This document shows positions 27,803 to 33,392 of a stretch of 38,478 nt of DNA, one piece after another; position 1 is the stretch's first letter, and every line of letters begins with the position of its first letter. Origin of the DNA: a virus (lineage: Duplodnaviria > Caudoviricetes); the IMG/VR virus record IMGVR_UViG_3300012038_000025, positions 1 through 38,478 of that record. One strand, 5' to 3'. The translations under genes were made by a program, and so were the position numbers. The notes beneath the pieces were generated by a model. It had not been told where the DNA came from. It saw nothing but the letters and a program-made list of their open reading frames with translations, and made no database searches.

Positions 27803-28506
27803 GCCGCCACCTCGGTTTCGAGGACGGCGCGCAGATCCGCCTTCGGAAAGCAGTCAAGCTTCGTGGTGCGTGTGCAGTTGACGACTTCGACGCCGAGCGC
27901 CTTCAGCGGCTCCACCATCTGGTGGAACATCGGCAGGAACGTCTCTTTCGCCGGCCCTTGATTCAAGCGGCCGGGATGATCCCCGAAGAAGTGCGAGGGT
28001 TGGCCTTTGCCGCGCCCCATGTCATACCCGAGCAGGACGATGCGCGCGGCGCCTAGATGCACGGCGAGATTGATGGCCGAGGCGCCGGAGTTCTTCCCGG
28101 TCCGCAACCCTGACGGGTGGGCTTCTATCCCCGTGTCACCCGTGTTCCGCAACACCATCACGTTCCACTCCGTCGGAGGATCAAGGGGGCGGATACCAAA
28201 CTTCCGCCCGGAGAACTCAGGGACGCCCTTGTAGTACGTCCACCAGTGCTGGTCGCTGCTGTAAAGCCCGTCAGCCCACGGCGCGAGCCGGTGGGCATCG
28301 TTCACGACGATCACGCGCCGCCCGCGGCAGACCTCGACGTCGTCAGCCGTCAGGCTGGGACCGGACGCGATACAAACGACCGTCGCCCCCGGCCACGCCC
28401 TTTGAACGGTCGGGAATGCGCTACAGTCGCCGTCTGGCCCAAAGGGTCCAAGGCCGCGACCTCCAGCGCGTCGTCCACGACGACGATCACCCCGTCCGCC
28501 AGCCAC
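27799..28506 (-). CDS. DUF115/MAF/MptE-like transferase, paralog of 22045-22683 (start uncertain)
   Basis: VVCIASGPSL, NSGASAINLAVHLGAARIVLLGYDM, VVNCT; protein-like sequence begins only near 28420. Confidence 0.7.
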   Translation of the reverse strand: MAGGRGDRRRGRRAGGRGLGPFGPDGDCSAFPTVQRAWPGATVVCIASGPSLTADDVEVCRGRRVIVVNDAHRLAPWADGLYSSDQHWWTYYKGVPEFSGRKFGIRPLDPPTEWNVMVLRNTGDTGIEAHPSGLRTGKNSGASAINLAVHLGAARIVLLGYDMGRGKGQPSHFFGDHPGRLNQGPAKETFLPMFHQMVEPLKALGVEVVNCTRTTKLDCFPKADLRAVLETEVAA

Positions 28507-28604
28507 GCGCGGAACTCACGCGGAAGTGCGGGCACGTCGATCGTCTGGCCCTCGGCGAAACTGAACCGCTCACCAGCGACCGACGTGCAGAACCGCAGCT
28601 TCAT
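28350..28604 (-). CDS. Small protein downstream of the major capsid
   Basis: ATG 6 nt after the capsid stop; MKLRFCTSVAGERFSFAEGQTIDV resembles the small post-capsid proteins of HK97-like phages. Confidence 0.65.
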   Translation of the reverse strand: MKLRFCTSVAGERFSFAEGQTIDVPALPREFRAWLADGVIVVVDDALEVAALDPLGQTATVAHSRPFKGRGRGRRSFVSRPVPA

Positions 28605-28610
28605 GCGCGA

Positions 28611-29984
28611 TCAACCCATCGTCAGGTACTTCACCGGGTTCGTGCCGGCGTCGAGCAGGTCGCCGTCGTGGCGCGAGAACGCCAGGAACGCGACCACGCC
28701 GAGTTCGGCGTACCGCTCGTCGAGTCGGACGAGCGTGACGTCGCGCACGTCACGGATGATGTACTTGGAGAACAGGCCGTAGAGCATGGCCTTGGTGCCC
28801 GGGCCCGACGCGACCTGCTGATTGATCGTGTACGGATCGCCGTCGATCGTGTCCGGCTCGTTCACGGTCAGGCCCGGTCGCCACAGCGGCCAGCCGCCCG
28901 TGTCGCCGGAGAACTGCGCGACCTTGATCTTCTTGAGGATCTTCAGGGTCGTGTCGTTGAACATGAAGCGCGACCCCTGCGAGCGGTACGCGGGATCCAC
29001 CGTGTGCTTCAGGTCCACGATGTTGTCGTAGGTGATCGTGGCCGCGCCCGACGTGGTGATGCCGGACGACGTCGCCGCCGTCACGACGCCGTTGGGCTTC
29101 GCGCTGCCATCGCCCGTGGTGAAGTGCGTGTTCGTGATCCGCCCGATCCGCTCGCCGAGAATCGACCCGATGATGCCGGCGAAGTTGATCGCGTTGTCCT
29201 GCAGGTACTCGACCGACACCGGCACCCGGCGCGACGTGTACTTGTAGGCTTCGAGGATCATCTGGTCGAACTCGGTGTCGAGCTCGGTGTGCTCCGACCC
29301 TTCACCGAGCAGCGCACCCGAGTTCGACGTGTCGTTCATCGTCGGGTAGGGCAGCGCGGCGCCGGTCGCGGTCCGGTCGACTCGCGCGACCTGCCGCATG
29401 CCGCCGAACTCGAGCAAGGCGCGCTCGAGCGGCTTCATCATCTCGTCGGGCACCGTGAAGTGACCGCCAAGATCCGGCGACACGACGTCGACCTGCGTCA
29501 ACCGCTGTTCCCACTCGCTCACGTCCTCGGCGCGCAGCGACCGGAGGGCCACCGGGGCCAGACGCATGCGGAGCTTCTTGGCATCGAGGCTGATGCCGCA
29601 GCGGGCCGCCGCCTCTCGGTGGGCCGGCGTGACCGTCTCGCCATCTGGCGAGCCGGAGCCGAACCAGCCGTGAAACGCCAGCGCGCGATCTTCGACGCTC
29701 GGCCTGCCCATGCGTCCGCGCGTGCTGTCGCGCCGCTCGATCTCGCGTGTGGTCTGCCGCTGCTGGGGCTGCTCGGCCTCGGTCAGACTGCGCTCGGTCG
29801 CTTCGAGTTTGGCCAGCCGGCCGATCTCGGCCGTGACGTTGTCGGCGTCCTTCATCAGGCCGTCGAACTTGGCCTCGTCGTCGCCCTTCCACTCGCCACC
29901 GTCTGTCTTGTAGACGCGGTCGCGGATCTCGTTGGCCGCCGCCACGAGGCCCTTTTTTCTGTCAAGCAATTCCTGAATCGTCAT
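28611..29984 (-). CDS. Major capsid protein, HK97 fold
   Basis: Start ATG 29984 (AGAGGG RBS); N-terminal coiled-coil delta domain, GGHFTVP, VSVEYLQD, GDGSAKPNGV, LDERYAE...AFSRHDGDLLD. Confidence 0.96.
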   Translation of the reverse strand: MTIQELLDRKKGLVAAANEIRDRVYKTDGGEWKGDDEAKFDGLMKDADNVTAEIGRLAKLEATERSLTEAEQPQQRQTTREIERRDSTRGRMGRPSVEDRALAFHGWFGSGSPDGETVTPAHREAAARCGISLDAKKLRMRLAPVALRSLRAEDVSEWEQRLTQVDVVSPDLGGHFTVPDEMMKPLERALLEFGGMRQVARVDRTATGAALPYPTMNDTSNSGALLGEGSEHTELDTEFDQMILEAYKYTSRRVPVSVEYLQDNAINFAGIIGSILGERIGRITNTHFTTGDGSAKPNGVVTAATSSGITTSGAATITYDNIVDLKHTVDPAYRSQGSRFMFNDTTLKILKKIKVAQFSGDTGGWPLWRPGLTVNEPDTIDGDPYTINQQVASGPGTKAMLYGLFSKYIIRDVRDVTLVRLDERYAELGVVAFLAFSRHDGDLLDAGTNPVKYLTMG

Positions 29985-30010
29985 GTCGGTCCCTCTGGGG
30001 TGCTTGGGGG

Positions 30011-30070
30011 ACCGCAAAACAACAAAGGGCGCCGCCCCAAGCGATTCGATTCGCTCTGAGCGGCGCCCTG
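30011..30070 (-). terminator. Stem-loop plus U-tract in the leader of the major capsid gene (terminator/attenuator-like)
   Basis: AGGGCGCCGC (30026-30035) pairs with GCGGCGCCCT (30060-30069); on the minus strand it runs into TTTGTTGTTTTGCGGT. Confidence 0.55.
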
Positions 30071-30200
30071 AGTGGTCAGGAGACGCTGCCGTCTATGTCG
30101 TCAGGTTCGAGCGGCTGAGGAGCCTACGCGCGCCTGACTCTGCTAGTTCACGATCAAGGCTAGGGGAACATGGCGTGAGACGCGATTTTTTATAACGGAG

Positions 30201-30234
30201 TGGACAATACCGGCCGGCCTACTATAAGGTAGGC
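30201..30234 (+). promoter_or_regulatory. Sigma70-like promoter for the RAMP cassette with an inverted repeat around the -10 box
   Basis: TGGACA (30201-30206), 16 nt spacer, TATAAG (30223-30228); GCCTAC-TATAAG-GTAGGC inverted repeat; AT-rich tract upstream. Confidence 0.55.
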
Positions 30235-30302
30235 GGAACCGTTCGACGCGCTAACGCCGAACGGCTCCTAACCACGCCAAGGGCCGCTGGAGGGCCCCAA
30301 AC

Positions 30303-31079
30303 ATGGCTGCAAAGAAGTCTACGTCACAACCCGAAGTCTCCGAGATCCTGAAGGTCGAAACCGCCTCAGTGACGTGCTACGTGCTCGGCACGAGCCCGAT
30401 CATCCTCAACCGGATGAGCGAGAAGGCGAAGCATGAACTGCTGATGCCAAAGGGCCGCAAGTCGGCCGTCGAAAAGGCGACGACGCTCAAGCACAAGCCG
30501 ATCGAGGAATACCGTGCGTCGGCCTACACGCTGAAGGACAAGGCGCAGCCGACGCTGCTGGCGATGCTGGCCACGTCGTTCAAGGGGGCCATTCGATCGG
30601 CGGCGCTCGACATGCCTGGTGCGAAGAAGGCGCAGATCGGCCGGCTCACCTACATCGCTGGTGAGTTCGTCGGGATCTACGGCGTGCCCAAGTTGTTCAT
30701 GTCCACGGTGCGCTCGGCCGACATGAACAGGACGCCGGACATCCGCACGCGCGCGATCGTGCCGGAGTGGGCGTGCAAGTTGTCGATCACCTACGTGCAG
30801 CCACTCATTCGTCAACAGGCCGTCTTGAATCTGCTGGCTGCGGCTGGTATCACGATCGGCGTGGGCGATTGGCGACCGGAGAAGGGCGCCGGCAACTACG
30901 GCCAGTTCAAGATCGTCGCGCCGAACGATCCCGAGTTCGCCGCAATCGTGAAGGCGGGAGGGCGCAAGGCGCAGATCGAAGGGCTGGAGAATCCGGTCTG
31001 CTACGACGACGAAACGACAGAACTGCTGTCGTGGTTCGATGAGGAACTGACGCATCGGACGCTGAAGGGAGCGGCGTGA
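30303..31079 (+). CDS. Stand-alone RAMP/Cas7-like RNA-binding protein (Vipr-like)
   Basis: Beta-1 VTCYVLGTSPIILN; LATSFKGAIRSAA resembles the RAMP PgSslKGalRs helix; thumb-like TPDIRTRAIVPEW; terminal Gly-rich loop AGITIGVGDWRPEKGAGNYGQF; GGAGG RBS. Confidence 0.8.
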   Translation: MAAKKSTSQPEVSEILKVETASVTCYVLGTSPIILNRMSEKAKHELLMPKGRKSAVEKATTLKHKPIEEYRASAYTLKDKAQPTLLAMLATSFKGAIRSAALDMPGAKKAQIGRLTYIAGEFVGIYGVPKLFMSTVRSADMNRTPDIRTRAIVPEWACKLSITYVQPLIRQQAVLNLLAAAGITIGVGDWRPEKGAGNYGQFKIVAPNDPEFAAIVKAGGRKAQIEGLENPVCYDDETTELLSWFDEELTHRTLKGAA

Positions 31080-31558
31080 TGAAACTCACGAAAGCGCAAC
31101 TCGACTGCCTCAAAGGGCTCGAGGACAAGCAGGGGCGCATCAGTGCCTCTCGCGTGGTGGCGCATGCGCGGAAGCCGTCGAGTCCGCTGCATCCGTTGTT
31201 CCCGTGGAATCTGAAAAAGGCAGCAATGCTGCACTGGATTCAACGGGCGCGAGAGATCATCGGCCACGTCACGGTGCTCGTGCAGCACGAGACGCACGAG
31301 ATCAAGGTGCCGGTGTATGTGCGTGACCGTTCAGTGGGCGGTGCGCAGGGCTATCGCAGCGTGATTGCCTTGCGTGCCGATCCGGCGGCGGCGCGTGAAT
31401 CGCTTGTCTACACGCTGGAGGTGGCCGCGGGCCACGTCCGGCGCGGTCTTGATCTCGCGGGGCCGTTGGGACTGACGCGGGAGATCGATCGGCTGCTCGC
31501 GGAGATCGTCGGGGTGCAACGGATCGCCAAGGGCGTCAAGAGCAAGAAGGCGGCGTAG
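31076..31558 (+). CDS. Phage protein of unknown function, partner of the RAMP gene
   Basis: 160 aa; start overlaps the RAMP stop; GRISASRVVAHARKPSSPLHPLFPW motif; ends 5 nt before the array. Confidence 0.8.
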   Translation: MMKLTKAQLDCLKGLEDKQGRISASRVVAHARKPSSPLHPLFPWNLKKAAMLHWIQRAREIIGHVTVLVQHETHEIKVPVYVRDRSVGGAQGYRSVIALRADPAAARESLVYTLEVAAGHVRRGLDLAGPLGLTREIDRLLAEIVGVQRIAKGVKSKKAA

Positions 31559-31563
31559 AACAC

Positions 31564-32201
31564 GGCTGGACAGGCGCGTCCTGACACGGCTGGGCGGGGC
31601 AAGCCTCGACTAGTCGCGACGAGACATGACGTGGCAGGCTGGGCGCGGCCAGTGGTGGACTGGCAACGCGGTTGATGGCTCGGACAGGCGTGGCGAGGCA
31701 GGCGACGCACGGTAGTTCAAGGCGGGGTCCGTCATGGCGCGGTCTGGCGAGGCAGGCGCGGCGCGGTCTAGTGAGGCGCGGTATGGCGCAATCGGGCGAG
31801 GTATGGCTGGGCGGGGCTGGTTCTAGGTAGGCAAGGCGTGGATGAACACGGCAGGCCAGGACCTTGGTCCGGACTGACAAGGACTGGCTAGGCCGGGCGT
31901 GACACGGCAGGCGAGGCGCGGCGAGACACGGCGCGGCGGGATCCGGTCGCGGCGAGTTCTGGCAGGCTATGACAGGCACGGCCCGATGGGGCCTGACGCG
32001 GCGGATCGACCCTTGGCCACGCAGGCGAGGTGTGGATCGGCGGGGCATCACTCTACTTGGCGCGGATTGGCGAGAGCGGCAGGCGTGGAGCGGCAAGGCG
32101 TGACGGGGGGGGATAGACACGGCTAGGCGTGGTTGGCCGAGGCAGGCGAGGTATGGACGGGCTAGGTTTGGCTGGGCGGCGTCAGTCGAGTCCCGGCAGG
32201 C
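31564..32201 (+). ncRNA. Pentamer-periodic GG(C/T)NN array of ten units delimited by GGCA-GGC; putative guide RNA array
   Basis: GGCAGGC at 31633, 31697, 31751, 31850, 31906, 31961, 32078, 32141, 32195 (variants at 31569, 32020); spacings 64, 64, 54, 99, 56, 55, 59, 58, 63, 54, mostly 5n+4. The repeat is seen directly; RNA function is inferred. Confidence 0.75.
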
Positions 32202-32203
32202 AA

Positions 32204-32395
32204 TCAGCGGTCGCGCGACTGAATCACCAGTCGCGTGACCGCTTCTCTTACTAACTCGTGAACGGGATGCCCGGATCGATTCGACAGATCCATCAACCGA
32301 TTGTGAATCTGGGCAGGCAGCCGCGTGCCTACCTGTAACATTGGCTGGCCTGGATACAGCGCCGGCCGGCCGCGGCGATTCCGTTCTCGGCTCAT
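32204..32395 (-). CDS. Ribbon-helix-helix (CopG/Arc-like) DNA-binding protein
   Basis: RGRP hook, then QVGTRLPAQIHNRLMDLSNRSGHPVHELVREAV; 63 aa; ATGA-coupled to the protease. Confidence 0.7.
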   Translation of the reverse strand: MSRERNRRGRPALYPGQPMLQVGTRLPAQIHNRLMDLSNRSGHPVHELVREAVTRLVIQSRDR

Positions 32396-33132
32396 CGAGC
32401 GAGTCTCAGACGCTCTGACGTCTGCTGTTCACGGAACCAGTGCTCTCGCGCGTCTGCGTTGATGGCTTTCAGCGTCGTGGCGGCATAAGCCGGGAACGCC
32501 ACCGCGGAGCTTTCGTACACTCGCATATCGAGCACGTCTCGCACGGGGACCGAATCTTCGATATGCCAGTCGTCTTCCACCGTCTCAAAGGCGAAACTTT
32601 GCTGGGTCACATCGCGCCTCTTCACGGACTCGATCTGGCCAGCGGCCCAGCGGGGCGGGTCCGCTTCAATCGCCAGCCCACGTGTCGTCTTGCGAATACG
32701 CAGCGTGCCGGCGCTCATGCGGCCCATCGTGATATCAGGATTGTGACTCCACAGATATCTCAAATCGATCTTCTCGGCGAATGTACGATCGACGGCAGAC
32801 GGCTTGATGATCTCGAAAAATCCCATCCACTCGGAACGGGAATTGAACACAATCGACAGGCCGGTCAGCGTGACCGGACTAGCCGCGTCGTCCTCCGGTT
32901 CCGCTCGGCTCGCTAACTGCGCGTCGCCGGATCGGATCGTCCGCTGTTCCCGGCAGCGTCCACAGAGCGGCAGCCCTGCCCGGATCCCCACGGCTGGCAG
33001 AGAGTGGCACCCGCCGCAGACTTCCGACTGACCGGCGGCCCACCGCTGCATGCGCTCGGCCGTCTCGAGCACAGCTTTCGGGCGCGGGCAGGAGCGCCCA
33101 TCGCCCCACTGCGTCATCGCGTATTCGATCAT
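32392..33132 (-). CDS. HK97-family prohead protease with N-terminal Cys-rich segment
   Basis: FFEIIKPSAV, LWSHN, MGRMSAGTL, QSFAF, YESSAVAFPAYAAT. Confidence 0.92.
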   Translation of the reverse strand: MIEYAMTQWGDGRSCPRPKAVLETAERMQRWAAGQSEVCGGCHSLPAVGIRAGLPLCGRCREQRTIRSGDAQLASRAEPEDDAASPVTLTGLSIVFNSRSEWMGFFEIIKPSAVDRTFAEKIDLRYLWSHNPDITMGRMSAGTLRIRKTTRGLAIEADPPRWAAGQIESVKRRDVTQQSFAFETVEDDWHIEDSVPVRDVLDMRVYESSAVAFPAYAATTLKAINADAREHWFREQQTSERLRLAR

Positions 33133-33392
33133 GTCGCGCCTCCAGTTGTGGCGCCGTCGCCATCGAGGCTTGTGTCTCGAAACACGTCCTGACCGCTCGA
33201 TGATTTGCCGACCAGCACGAGGCTTGGATACAGCTCCAGCATCTTTCGGCCATCCATGTCGAGTACAACCGGGAATGGATACATGACGCCACGAGAGGAC
33301 TTCACGAGCACGGTTCCGAAAAACACGTCTTCCTGAAGATCAATTAGTGCGCCCGAGTTTTCTGGCGTGCTTGGAGCAAGTGGATCAGACAT
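33129..33392 (-). CDS. Hypothetical protein
   Basis: 87 aa; AGGAG RBS; overlaps both neighbours. Confidence 0.6.
   Translation of the reverse strand: MSDPLAPSTPENSGALIDLQEDVFFGTVLVKSSRGVMYPFPVVLDMDGRKMLELYPSLVLVGKSSSGQDVFRDTSLDGDGATTGGAT

Noticed and set aside
28416-30059. 547-aa plus-strand ORF, and similar ones such as 36054-37595 and 9902-10921
   Set aside because: They are antisense shadows of capsid, terminase and tail genes caused by high GC at third codon positions, with no domain motifs.
30217-30222. Self-targeting of the promoter by array unit 1 (NN string starts GC CT AC, matching GCCTAC)
   Set aside because: The match is only 6-7 nt and does not extend, which is expected by chance; a systematic search is needed.
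30366-31055. Minus-strand ORFs co-oriented with the phage operon in the cassette region
   Set aside because: They have no motifs or RBS, whereas the plus-strand frames have an RBS, coupling, a candidate promoter and recognisable motifs.
31536-32126. ORFs 31536-32120 (-) and 31899-32126 (+) over the array
   Set aside because: They are low-complexity Arg/Pro/Ala/Gly translations of a 5-nt periodic repeat; period 5 does not fit codon structure, and a GC-rich repeat has few stop codons.
31564-32201. Canonical CRISPR array
   Set aside because: There are no identical 25-40 nt repeats with unique spacers; the only fixed boundary is 7 nt; no cas1, cas2, cas5 or cas6 is present in the window.
31564-32201. 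Simple microsatellite or G-quadruplex tract as the full explanation
   Set aside because: Variation is concentrated in two positions per pentamer and regular GGCA punctuation gives higher-order units. G4 folding is possible but does not explain this grammar.
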